This document shows positions 38,701-50,780 of a DNA stretch of 64,000 nt, one piece after another. A model generated the notes under the pieces. That model was not told the DNA's origin. It saw only the letters and a program-made list of their open reading frames with translations, and searched no databases. The position numbers were made by a program, and so were the translations under genes. Origin of the DNA: Prorocentrum cordatum (Eukaryota); contig CAUYUJ010000159.1 of assembly GCA_963575745.1 (NCBI GenBank), positions 186,001 to 250,000 on the forward strand. Reading direction: 5' to 3'. Numbering within the stretch: position 1 is the first letter of the stretch; every line of letters starts with the position of its first letter.

Positions 38701-40620
38701 AGAAGGAGATCGATGCCTACAGGGCGGCCGTGGGCCAGACGGCGGCTGGGGCATCGGTGCCTGGGGTCTGTCGGCGGTTACGGCGGCTGGGGCGTCGCCG
38801 GCGCGCTGTGGCGGCGATTCCAGCTGCGGCAGGCGGCGCAAGCAGCAATTCTGAGCGCATGGCCAAGGGCGTTCAGAATTCCAAGGGCGCGCGGGCGGGC
38901 CACATAAAAACGACGACCCTCACGAGGATTCTGGCCCCGACGGGGGGGCGCAGTTTGGCCCCTCTGCTCTTCTTGGAAACCAAAATCATTGATTTTACTA
39001 CGGTTTTGGCCCCATTTTGGCGTCCTGAGGGGGCCGCGCTCATCTTCCCTCATAGCAAAATCATTGATTTTACGAAGGTTTTGGGCTCATTTTGTCCTTT
39101 TCAGGGGGCAGCGCTCATCTGCGCTTCTGAGGAGGTCGCAAAGAGGCCCCAAGATGGCCCCAAGAGGCCCCCAGGAGGCTCCCAAGAGGCCTCAAAGAGG
39201 CCCCCAAGAGGCCCCCAAGAGGCGCCAAGAGGCCCCCAAGAGGCCCCCAAGAGGCCCCCAAGAGGCCCCAAGAGGCCCCAAGAGGCCCCCAAGAGGCCCC
39301 CGAGAGGCCCCCAAGAGGCCCCCAAGAGGCCCCAAGAGGCTCCAAGAGGCCCCCAAGAGGCCCCACGAGGAGCCCGAACGACTCACACCAGGACGAGGGG
39401 CCCGAACGACTCACACCACGAAGAGCCCGAACGACTCACACCACAAGGAGGGGCCCGAACGACTCACACCAGGACGAGGCGCCCGAACGACTCACACCAC
39501 GAGGAGCCCGAACGACTCACACCACGACGCGGGCCCCGAACGACTCACACCACGAGGAGCCCGAACGAGTCACACCAGGAGGAGGGGCCCGAACGACTCA
39601 CACCAGGATGAGGGGCCCGAACAGCTCACACCACGAGAAGCCCGAACGACTCACACCAGGACGAAGAGCCCGAACGACTCACACCACGAAGAGCCCGAAC
39701 GACTCACACCAGGAAGAAGGGCCCGATCGACTCACACCAGGACGAGAAACCCCAAACGACTCAAATCACGAGGAGCGCTTTCTCTCCCTCCTCCTCCGCC
39801 TCGTCCTTCTCCCGCTCCCCCCACAAGGAGGATGTACAAGGAGGCGGGAGGAACGAAGAACAGGGGAGACATGCGGGGCCAAGCGGACACACGCCTGAAA
39901 AACACGACTGTCGGCATGCTTCGCAAGAGTTGCTGCTGTGAGATGGGCCGGTGGGGATACGCGAAGCGTAAAGAATTCCAAGGGCGCGCGGGCGGGCCAC
40001 ATGGAGGCCGTGCGCGCCGCGACGGTGGCGGACGACGGCGACGTTTTCCACGAGGCGGAGGAGGTCGCGCAAGGCCCCCACGGCGGCGTCGACGCCGAGG
40101 CGGGCGCGGAATCCACGCCAGGCGCGAGCTGGGCTGACCTAGCGGTCGACTCGCGCGACTTCCCGGCGCCGTTCGGAGAGCCGGCGGGAACTGCGGGCGC
40201 GGCGCCTCCCGAGGCGGAGGACGGTCGGGACGGCGGGCGGATCGCCCCCAAGCTGCCGTCCAGAAGGGGGCGCGGACCCGCGCTGCGGCACGGCGGAAGG
40301 CGGCGGCCACCGCGCCGCCCCTCTTCCTGAAGGAGGTCGGCACAGCGGGCGACTGGCTTGCCATCGCCAGGACGGCCTTGGCGGAGAGCGGGCGCGACGT
40401 CCCGACTGCCGACGAGGATCTTCGGGAGGCGGTCGACGCCATGGGAAGGTCTGAAATTGCGAAGGCGAAGCGGAAGCAGCGGAGGCGGCCGCGAGGTGCT
40501 GCTGATGCTGCTGTGCGATCCACGCTCTCGCCTGGACGTTTTGCAGCCGACTGAGTGTGCGGCTGTTGCGCTGTGCGCTGCCGCTGGGCTCGGCTCGAAC
40601 TGCTGGTCTGTTCTGGGCCG
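35780..40620 (-). mobile_element. Degenerate DIRS-like tyrosine-recombinase retrotransposon (RT, RNase H, methylase-like, YR), multiply frameshifted and interrupted
   Basis: RT-like YFHQLAI...FRAAPMGF (~38380-38200). RNase H-like HITMEEA...RV...GDN...GAF.EGRSAS..LNRRCRR (~37450-37280). FAGLPCSAASRA and FDQCRYGA..KPT (~36950-36630). YR-like AVGVLLCFAGPL..SEALAL...LGHAKRGAE (~36390-36245). Boundaries are approximate. Confidence 0.7.
38906..39977 (+). mobile_element. Non-coding SINE-like insertion with long target-site duplication; contains ggccccaaga and gcccgaacgactcacacca arrays
   Basis: Perfect 31-bp direct repeat at 38875-38905 and 39972-40002. The 3' end gtggggatacgcgaagcgt..agaatt recurs at ~43010-43036. 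Confidence 0.75.
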
Positions 40621-40976
40621 TGGGCGGCGCACTTCGGGGCCCCTTTTGGTCTCCGTGGCGCGGGGAGGTGAGCGGCCCTGGCGGGCTGCCCCCGTCCCCT
40701 CCCGGTCTGGCCCCTGGGTGGGTCGGGCTGCCCCCGCGGGGGCGGGGCTTCTGAGATCCGCTCGGGTCTCGGAAGGCGCTCGCTCCTGTCGGTGCCCTGT
40801 CTAGGGTCCTCGTCGCCGCGTGGGCTCGGACGGCGCAGCCGCCCGTCGTCAGAAGTGGCGGTGGGCTGCCTGGGCGGGGCGCGAGAGGCGCCCCCCCTCG
40901 GGCATGAACGTTCGGGGCGTCCGCGGCCTTCTGGACCGCTCGCGCTTTCCAGGCAGTGCGCATAGAGACACAGAGA

Positions 40977-41013
<37 letters not shown>

Positions 41014-41749
41014 TAAGAGAGAGAGAGAGAGATATTCAGAGAACGAGGAACAACCATATTTGCATACAGGTCGTATGCATGTACGTATATGTGTATATAT
41101 GGTATATGGGCGCGATGGCATATCGGTGCCCCTGCTTTTCTGTCAACGTAATCATCTGAACGAATCACTTGACATGTAACATCCCCTCGCATAGTGCATC
41201 TGTAAAGGTATAGTCATATAGATCTAAAAGCATGCGCGCGTGTCTACACGCACGCCCATCTTCCCATCTGACTGAACATCTACCATGCAAAGCAAAACTT
41301 CCACGCGCGTGGTCTTCAGATGCCCGCGCGCTCAGTCAGAGCAAGCGCGAGCGACTCAGGCGATCCCCACTACTGGGACCTACCAGAGATGCGCTCATCC
41401 TTATAAAAGGGGTCGCACCAGAGGCGCATCCACCCCCAAGGGGGTCGTGCCTTAGGTGCCCCCATCCGCATGGGAATCCTACCAGAAGTATATCCATCCA
41501 CGCAGGGATCGCACCAGAGGGGCTTCCATCCTTATAGGGGCCGCACCAGGAGTGCATCCATCCCCATAGGGATCGCACCAGAGGTGCACCCACCCCTATA
41601 GGGGTCTACCAGATGTGTGTGTCCATCCTAATGGGGGTTATACCAGAGGCGCACCCATCCGTATACGGATCGTACCAGAGGAGCATTCCATCCCCAGGGG
41701 GGTCCTGCCAGGGGTTTGGGGGCATAGCGGCACCTCGCGTCAGGGAGTG

Positions 41750-43740
41750 AGCCCCCTCCTCCTCCTTCCTGGGGGGGAGGGAAGGGGAAGGGACTATCCT
41801 CCTCCTTTTCCTCCTACTCCTCTTCCATCCTGAAGGAATTGGACAGGGTACTATCCTCCTCATTCGCCTCCCCCATTCTTCCTGAGGGAAAGGGAAGGGC
41901 ATGCGCCGCATCCTCTACCTCCTTCCTGAGGGAAAAGAAGGGAATGACCCTGCTCCTCCTGATATTCCTCCTCCTTCTGATGGAAATAGGCAGGAGGGGA
42001 ACCTTCCTTTCCTCCCGGTCCTCCTTGTTGGAAACGGAAGAAAAGGAACTTCCCCTCCCTCCTCCTTTTGAGGGAAAGGGGAGGGAATGAACCACCACCT
42101 CCTGTTATGAGGGGCAAGGAAAGGAAGGAACATCCTCCTCCCCTTCCTGATGGAAAAGGAAGGGACGTGACCTCCTCATCATCCTGCTCCTCCTTCTCCT
42201 GCTCCTCCTCCTTCCTGAGGGAAAGGGGAGAGGCGGAACCTCTCCCTCACCCTTCTGATGGAAAGGGAAGAAAAGAAACCTCCTCATCATCCTCCTGCTT
42301 CCGAAAGGAAAGGGCAGGGAATGAACCTCCTCCTCGTCCTCCTTCATGAGAGAAAGGGACAAGGAAGGAACCCCCTCCTCCTCCGTCAAGGTAGGGGAGG
42401 GGAAGGAACCCCCTCCTCATCGAGCTCCTCCTCTTCCTTCCTGAGGGACGGGAAGGGGGAAGAATCCCACCAGCCCTCTGTCTGGGCGTCGGTGGTTTAA
42501 CGAGTTTCCTCTTCCACCCCTCCCTCTTCCCCTTCGGGGAGGGGTTTACCCCTCCCCCTACCCCCTCCCCACTGACCTGGACAGGGGGGTCCGCGGCGCG
42601 TTGGAGCGCCCAAGATCGACCCCTGGGAGGGCTAAAATTCGACGCCCCTCACGAGGATCGTGGCTCCTGAAGGGGGGGACTGTAATTAGGGAACCCCCCC
42701 TTCGTTGGTCGATCTCCTCCAAGATGGCGCCGAGGCCCCCCAAGAGGCCCCCAGGAGGCCCCCAAGAGACCCCCAAGAGGCCCCAAGAGACCCCCCAGAG
42801 GCACCCAAGAAGCGCCCAGGAGGCCCCAAGAAGCGCCCAGGAGGCCCCCAAAGGCCCCAAGATGGCCCCAAGAGGCCCCAAGAGGCCCCCAGGAGGCCCC
42901 AAAGAGGATCCCGAACGGCCCACAGAGGCCCCCCCCGAGGCACCCAAGACGCCGAAAAGCCCCTCAGGACGACCCTCTACTCGCCTGGGCGTCGTTTCTG
43001 GACGGGCTGGTGGGGATACGCGAAGCGTCTAGAATTTCCTCCTCTTTCCTGAAGGAGAATGAAGGGAATGAACCTCATCCTTTTTCTCCTCCCTCTGAAG
43101 GAATGGGAAGCGAATGGCCTTCCTCGTCCTCCTCCGTCCTGGGGGACAGGGAAGGGAAGGGAACCTCCTCCTCTTTCCTCCTGAGGGAAACGGAACTATT
43201 ATCCTCCTTATTCTCCCCCCCCTCCTCATGAGGGAAAGGGGCAGAAAAGAGCATCATCCTCATCCTCCCTCCTGAAGGAAAGGAAAGGAATGAGCCTCAT
43301 CATCCTTTTCCTCCTCCTTCTGATTGAACGGGGCAGGAAGGGCGCCTCCTCCTTTCTTCCCTGAGGCAAAGGGAATGGAAGGAACCGCCTTCCCAACCTT
43401 ATCCTCATCCTCCTCGTCCTTATCCTCCTCCTCCTCCTCCTCCTCCTCCTCCTCCTCCTCCTCCTTCTGAAGGAATCGGAAGGGAAGGGGCATCCGTCTC
43501 CTCCTCCTCTGCCCTGAGGGAAAAGGAAATGAAGGACCACGCCCCTCCTCTTTCCTGAGGGGAAGCGAAGGGAAAGGGACTCCCTCATCCTGAGGGAAAA
43601 GGGAAGGGAATGCGTCTCCTCATCCGCATCCATCCTCCTTCCTGAAGGGATGGGAAGGGAGGGGAAGCTCCTCCTCCTCCTCCTCCTCCTCCTCCTCCTC
43701 CTCCTCCTCCTCCTTGTCCTTCCTGAGGGAAAAGGAATCA
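41750..43740. repeat. Purine/pyrimidine-block satellite (cctcctcc...ttcctgagggaaagggaagg), interrupted by a SINE-like copy ~42475-43036
   Basis: Dozens of degenerate ~35-45-bp units with alternating CT and GA blocks. Confidence 0.75.
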
Positions 43741-45267
43741 TGTAAAGATGATTGAAGGTATCCCTCCCAGTGGCCCCCTTGAGTGTGAGGGGTACAAATT
43801 GGTTCCTTTTTTTGTGGGGGGGTACAAAGAGATCCCTTTTGTGTGAGGGGGTACACATTGATTCCTTGTGTGGCGGAGGAGGGGGGGAGGGGGTCTGGCC
43901 CTGGGGGAAAGATCCCAGGGACAAAAAAATATAAAAACGGACCTCCTGAATCCACTGGTCCCATTTTTCCCCCCAGGGCCAAGAAGAAAAACACACAACA
44001 ATTTGGCCATTGGATTCAGAGGGGGCCGTTTTTTTTTTTGCTGGGACCTTTCCCCCAGGGCCCCCCCTCTCCTTTCCCGTCACAAAAGGAATACATGTGT
44101 ACCGCTTACAAATGGAATAGTTTTGTAATTCCGCCACACAGGGAATCTACTTGTAAGTCCGCCGCAAAGGAAATTCATGTGAGCGTCCTCCACAGGGAGG
44201 AGGAGGAGAGAGAGAGAGAGAGAAAGATAAAGACAGAACGATGAGGAAAACAAACAGAAAGAAGAGAAGACGGGCGCCCCCGTGTACATTATTCGGGACA
44301 AGAAAGCAGGGGCACCGATATGCCCGTGCACCCGTATATATATACACACACACTACAATCAGACGCGCGCTTCGCGCGCGCTTAGGTTCTAGCAAGCCCC
44401 AGGCCTTGACGAGTTCAGGGGCGACTTTGTGGCAAAGTTCGCCCCTGCACTTAGGGCAACTTTGTGCGAAACGATCAGCGGAGGGCCGCGAGAAGGCGAT
44501 CAATCATGTTCCCAGTCAGCTTCCAAGACAGCTCTCCGGTAGCATGATAATACGTCGGAGCCTCTGGAGACTCTCGGGCCCATGATGAACCATGTCCCCG
44601 GAAGGATTTCTGGGGCCATGGTTTGTTGGGGTGTGTTGGTGGGCCTCTTGGGCGTTCCCTGGGGGCCTCTTGGGAGCCTCTCGTATCTTCCTGGGGGTTT
44701 CTTGGGGGCCTCACGGGGCTTCTTGGGAACCTCTTGGTGGCCTGCGGGGCCTACTGGGGGCCTCTAGGGCCAGAGACCTCGACATATCGATTCGTGGTCC
44801 CCCTTTGGGCCCTCTCTTGGAGCGTTCTTGGGGCACACTTGGGTTGTCTGGGGAGCCTCCTGGGCCGTCATTGGGGACCTCTTCGGGGCCTCGTGGGCTG
44901 TCTTTGAGCGATCTGAGGGACCTCCGAGGCCGTCAGGGAGCGTGGGGAAGCGGGAAAAGCAAGAACGCCAAAGTCCTTCAAAAACCATTGGAGAATTAAT
45001 GAATTGTGCCTCCCAGGGCCTCCTTGGGGAGCCTCTTGAGGCCGTCCTGGAGCGTGTTGGAGTGCTCGTCGGCCGTCTTGAGGGCATCTTGGGCGTCTTC
45101 GGGGCCTCTTGGGACCGTCTTGGGCCCTCTTGGGCCCTCCTTAGCCTGTCGTGGCCCGTTTCGGGGCGGGCCCAAGCCGTCTCGGGAGCTTTAGAATCCC
45201 CCAGAACCCCCGGGGGCGCCCATGGGGGGTACAGGCACCGGCCTGGGCCCCCCCCCCGGCCTACCCC

Positions 45268-45299
<32 letters not shown>

Positions 45300-48200
45300 T
45301 ATAGATATATACATATATATATACACACACGCATGGAGAGACAAAGGTACCAAACAACATATAACATAGGTCATACAATATGCCAGAGATAGAAAGCAGA
45401 ACATCTACCCCCGTAATGATCACCCAACAAGAGAAACCGTTTAGTGAACGCACCCAGGGAAGGAGTCGAACAAGGCAGGGCTGTTTGGTAAACGCCCAGG
45501 GCCGTTTAGTAAACGCCAACTGTCGGGGTCTGGGTGGTCTTTCCTCCCTTGATGAGAAACATACATATTGCGTGCAGGTTGCTGTGCAATCCAACGATCC
45601 ACGCCCGTGAGCATGTGCGTGTACACGCGCGTGCACGCGCCTTCCCCGAGGATGGCCAGGGCCCAGAACTGCGGCCCAGAATCGTTGACTCCGCCGTCCT
45701 CTTCTTCCGCCAAGCCACGGCTGACCATTCATGCCTAACGAGGCCTTAGCTTGCTGAGCATCCATCTCAGCCCCTCGGGTTCAAACTTGGAGCCCAGTCT
45801 TTAAGGGCTGGAAGAGCTGAGCTGTTACAATCAACCCGCAGAATAAGGACACACGAGAAGGATGCAAGGGCCTTGGAAGGCCATGGTATGGCGGCACTTT
45901 GCGAGCGGGGCGCGGTCAGCGAAAGCTTCCAAGGATGGGCCGAAGGGGAAGAATGCAAGGGTAACCTCCGTAGCACTCTGTGAGGCAACCCCGAGCCGAG
46001 GGCTGATCAGGAGGAGGACGACGACGAGGAGATTGAGGACGAGGAGGACGAGGAGGATCGCGCTGGGCAGGCGGCAGGAGGATAGACGAGGAGGCAAACG
46101 AGGAACGTCAGCAGCACGGGCATGGAAGCAAGCAGAAGGTGCCTCAGATCCCCTCGAAGCCCTCCCGATCCACCCCGAAGCCCGCCCAACAACCTCCTCC
46201 ACCCGCAGCCCTCAACCCCGCCCCCCTCCCCTCCCCACCATTAATTCCCCGAACGCCTCCCCCTCACACGCAGAAAATCTGGACGCCCGGAATGGATACG
46301 GAAGATATGGGTACGTTGCCCCACATCACATGTTGTTTCAAACACACAGCGTCACACAGCGGCCGATGGCTGTTGGGCAGTCGGACCTGTCTCAAACGGA
46401 CAAAGTCTGGGGCAACGTCGACAGCGAGTCCTGTTCAAATCAAAATGAACAGGAACTGCTATCGATCTTCGTACCCAATCTGTCTGTACCCATGTCGATT
46501 GTAGCGAGAGCGTGGCCGCCTCTCACGACTTCACCCTCCATTGTACGCCTCCCAGATAATGTCGGAACAGATGGGGTCGGAAGATCGCGCTGCGCCGATG
46601 CATCGGCGATGCACCGGCGACGTCGGCGATACATTGGCGATGTCGGCGTGGAGAAAATCGGGATCCCCATCGGGCCGCACCGCCAATGCATCGGCGATGC
46701 GGTGCGATCCTCCGACCCCATCTACTCCGACCTAAGCAAGTAGGCCTTAGACCCCGCCACCGCCGCCGCCCACCCCGCCCCCTCCCCTCCGAACCCCCCA
46801 CCCCCCCACACACACAGGACAATATCTCGATGGTACCGAGAAACGGCGGGGCCGCTTCGCACGATCGCCCCCCCTCCACCCCGCCCCCGTCGGGCGGGTG
46901 GTAATGGGGGGTGCCCAAGTGGTGGGTGAAGAGAAGGGCCCCAAATGGCCCCTTGTGGACCCCTCTTGGAGCCAGCTGGTGACCAAAAGGGGCCCCAAAG
47001 GGTCTCTTCAGTGCCTCTTCCTTCACTCCCTATTTCGGTGACCTCCCATTACCACCCCGCCCCCGCCGCCGTCACACATCCGTTCCGCGACCCCTCCCCC
47101 TCCCCATGGGAGCGGGCGGGCCGCCTAGCCCGACCACGCGCCTACCAAATATCGACATGGCGCCGCGCCGCGCGCCGCGCGGCCCCCGGCGGCCGCGCCA
47201 CCCCCCCTCCGCGCACGCGCCCCCCTTGGCTGCGAGGAGCCGTCGATGGGACGAGGAGGGCGCGCGAGGGGGAGGGGGAGGGGAGTGAGGAAGGGAGGGG
47301 GAGGGGGAAGGAGGGGAGGGAGGGAGGGGGGAGGGGAGGGAAACGGGGGCGGAATCACCTGGGGCCCCGCGGCCTGGGGTCCCCTTGGAGTTGGGGGCAG
47401 GAAATTGGAGGTGACAAGGTGGCAGTCACCGCAGCCGTTTGGTGGTGGTGGGCACCCTACTTCGGCGCGCAATACAACTCGTGCACTTTGACATCATTGG
47501 GCACCTGCCGAACGACCTGCTTGCGCGGGCCTCTGGAAATACTTAATCGGCCTCCGTCGCAATTGGACGTTATCCGTTGGCGTTGCGCAGCCAAACCACA
47601 CACACACACTCCAAACGCAACGCGCACTGAACAGCTAAACAAAAAGATAAGCTCCTGGAATGGCATTCGGAACTAATCGCCCGCCGAAAACCGCCAAGCG
47701 GTACATCTGAACGGCCTGTCCCGAACGCGGCGTCTGGATTACGTAATGCGGGTCGCCTGGTTTTCCTTCGCGCCGCGACCCGAAAAACTCGAACATCGGC
47801 CACGGACCGCAAAGGGTGCAAACCAACACAGCAACAGGGGAAAGGGGAAGGATGATGGGAAGGATGCGGACGAGAACGGCGGGAACAAGAGGTCGACAAA
47901 GGGAGCGGACGGGTGCTGTCGAGATGGAAACGACGAGCACGCGCCAACGACGCGCGCGAGCGGGGCCCGCATGGCGCGCAAAGTGCACGGCCCAACGCTC
48001 GTGGCATTACCCCCCAAGGGGGTTGGTGGCATCCACGCCTTTCTCCCGCCCTGGATCCTCCTCCTACCCCTCTTGCTGCTCCTCCTCCTGCTCCTCCTTC
48101 TCCTCCTCCTACTCCTCCTCCTCCTCCTCCTCCTCCTTGCCCAAATATCGTTTCTCCTCCTTCTCCTCCCCAGATTCGTCCTCTCCGCCTTCTCGTCCCC

Positions 48201-49409
48201 CCTCTCCTCTTCTCCCCGGCGACAGTCGTTGATGCTTGAAGGCAGTGGGCAGGCATCGCCCGTTTACCCGGGCTGCCGTCCCTGGGGTGGGTATACGGCG
48301 CCCATGTTACACGGGCCAAATAAACAAATCGGGCGCGCCCTGAGGCACTCAACACACCATGCCCGCCGGGAGTAAACAGGTAGGGCGCGACTTCCGGGCA
48401 ACCAGGTAGAACCTGTACCTGAAGAGGCCAAGTTGCCCCGAGGTGCCCGCCGGGAGTAAACAAGTATAGGCTGTCCCCGTTTACCCCCTGCGTTTCGTTT
48501 GTGATTTGACGAGGGGGGATGGGGGCACACAGGTGCTTACTCTACCTGTAAAAGCAGCCGATCGTACCAGAGGACCGAACAACTGCTTGTCTACCTGTAG
48601 AAACAATGTGTGGTAAACAAGTACCCATCGGTCGGAAGAAGTAGGTAGAAACATGAAGTAGGAAGGGTTGAAAGTAGATTGTGTCTCCGCCCGCCTCCTC
48701 AGGAAGATGGAAAAGGTGAAGCCACTCGATCATTGAAGTAGGAGGGCGCTTATATTGGAGTTTGGAAACCCACAAATATCTACTTCCAACGACCGATGGG
48801 TACCTGTAAATTGGTTTCGTTTCCTCCCCTCGACCAGTTGTCGACGTGTAGACGCTGGCCGTTGTACCTGCCCCCCCCCCTGTACACCAGGCGGGTGCGA
48901 CCTTATAACAAGCATGGGGCGGGAAAACCGTCCATAGGGTGAAAACAAACCTACCTCGCTTTTGACCACCCTCGCTTCCAAGAGATACCAAACGATGCCA
49001 AATTGCAGCCTGTACTGGTCAGGCCGCTTGACGAGGAGGCGCGTGGTATGGCTTGGTTTTGCCTGGAAGCGAAAGCGGGGTAGGTAATTCACGCTCTGAG
49101 TCCAGGAGGATGCGCGGGTACCCGTGCCCATGTTTGATGGGCAGGCTTTCCACTACCACTACAAAGCATAGGAGTGGGGCAGGGGGTCCTCCTCCTCCTC
49201 CTCTTCCTTCCTCCTCTTCCTCCTCCTGTTCCCGTAGCCATTTTGGCTCAAGACTGTTTTCCAGGGAGGCTGACTGCCTCCAGGCTGCACGGATACCGCT
49301 AGTCCGCGGCTCGTTCTCAGTTGTTTGCAACCACGGCTAGGCTGTGCGCTGGCTCGTGGCCAAGAGTGATTCTGGTGAGCTCCTGGTGGAGCGCAGTCTT
49401 GAGTCTTCG

Positions 49410-50780
49410 ATGGCTTGGGAATACAATCCGTGGGTCAAGCAGACCGACGGTTGGCGCAATGGCGGCAAAAAGGGCGGTGGCAATGCCGGCGGCAAGGGCG
49501 GCAATACTCGTGCTGGTCGCCGTCGTGGGCGTGATGCCGATCGCCCCTCGTACAGCGTGTGCGCTTCCTGTGGCCACTGGGACTTTCACTACCACGGCAA
49601 TTGGGTGTGCAGCCGCTGTGGCGGTGACTACTTCGACGCTGGCGAGTACGGTGACTGCAAGGACCCGATGGGTGGCGACCTCGAGTCCTCAGGGCTGGCT
49701 GTGCACCTCGCGATGCTGGCGGATAAGTTCCCCGAGATGGCCCAGGATCTTCAAGCGGTGCGGGCAAAGGCTGAGGCTGCTGCCGTGCCTGCGGCTGCCG
49801 AGGCTCCGCCGCCGCCTGAGCCCGCCTCCCAGTCGGAGCTCGACAAGCGTGTTTCCGCAAAGCTCACGGAGCTATCCAAGTCGGTGGAGTCGGCTGCCCG
49901 CGCGGAGCGGATCGCGCAGGTGGCTGTCGAACAACGCTTGTCGACCGTTGTCAAGCACAAGGACGACCTGGCCAAGGCGGAGTCGGAACACGCCGAGGCC
50001 ACTCGCTACTGGCAGTCCATGGCGGCGGAGTTGCGTGACGCCATGGCTCAGAAGAACCTGTTCAACGCTGACCAGTACAAGCAGGATATCCGCCTTGAGG
50101 AGCAGCGCCTGGCCCGTGAGGCGGCCGACGCCGAGGCAGCCCGTCGCCGGGCCGCTGCTCCCGCTGTTCCTGGTGCTGTACCTGGTGGGGTGCCTGGTGG
50201 AGGCCCTCCAGGGGGCCCTGCTGCTGCCATGGGCGGCGCCGCCGCTACGGCCGCGGGGCCGCCTGCGGAGGCCGGCGCCCGCGATGGCGTTGGCCCCGCG
50301 GCGGAGGCGGGGGCCCCTCCCCTGCCCGGACTCACTGCTGCTGGCACCGTGGACTTTGCGTGGGTCGAGCAGAACCTGCACACGCTGGAGGAAGCCGACC
50401 TGGCGCGCTTCAACGGTAGGTCCGCCGTCGGCCCCGAGCAGTGGCAGGCCATGTGGCAGATGGCCAAACAGCAGCACGCCCCCGATCTGCAGATGGACGA
50501 CGGTAACTCGGATACTGCCTCTGCTGCTGGTGATGACCCTGAGTTTGTCGAGCTTCGTGACCTTCGCAAGCGGGCCGCTGATCACGGCCTCAATGCCGAC
50601 GAGTCTCGCAAGTACGGCGAGCTGGTCCAGCGCGCCGCGGACGCCCGCGCTAGTAAGCGCGCCCGCCGCGTGGTGGCCCAGCAATCGAGTAACTGTTTTG
50701 CCTCTTTCTGTCAGGCAGTGGCCGCCCAGCTTAATGCAGTCCCTATCGCTGCCGCGGCTGGAGGCCCGCAGCATTTTTAA
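49410..50780 (+). CDS. LINE ORF1 (456 aa): Gly/Arg-rich N-terminus, C2-C2 zinc ribbon, coiled coil
   Basis: First ATG after the SL. Contains CASCGHWDFHYHGNWVCSRCGG and long Ala/Glu/Lys helical stretches, and ends CAT TTT TAA. Confidence 0.8.
   Translation: MAWEYNPWVKQTDGWRNGGKKGGGNAGGKGGNTRAGRRRGRDADRPSYSVCASCGHWDFHYHGNWVCSRCGGDYFDAGEYGDCKDPMGGDLESSGLAVHLAMLADKFPEMAQDLQAVRAKAEAAAVPAAAEAPPPPEPASQSELDKRVSAKLTELSKSVESAARAERIAQVAVEQRLSTVVKHKDDLAKAESEHAEATRYWQSMAAELRDAMAQKNLFNADQYKQDIRLEEQRLAREAADAEAARRRAAAPAVPGAVPGGVPGGGPPGGPAAAMGGAAATAAGPPAEAGARDGVGPAAEAGAPPLPGLTAAGTVDFAWVEQNLHTLEEADLARFNGRSAVGPEQWQAMWQMAKQQHAPDLQMDDGNSDTASAAGDDPEFVELRDLRKRAADHGLNADESRKYGELVQRAADARASKRARRVVAQQSSNCFASFCQAVAAQLNAVPIAAAAGGPQHF

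Noticed and set aside
183..48500. Numerous 60-490-aa ORFs with poly-R/S/P/G/L tracts
   Set aside because: They are products of high GC content, microsatellites and tandem repeats, with no domain motifs.
49321..50733. N-terminal half of the 902-aa ORF
   Set aside because: It is a shadow frame over ORF1 (Arg/Pro/Ser-rich, non-ATG start). Only the part after ~50734 has endonuclease motifs.
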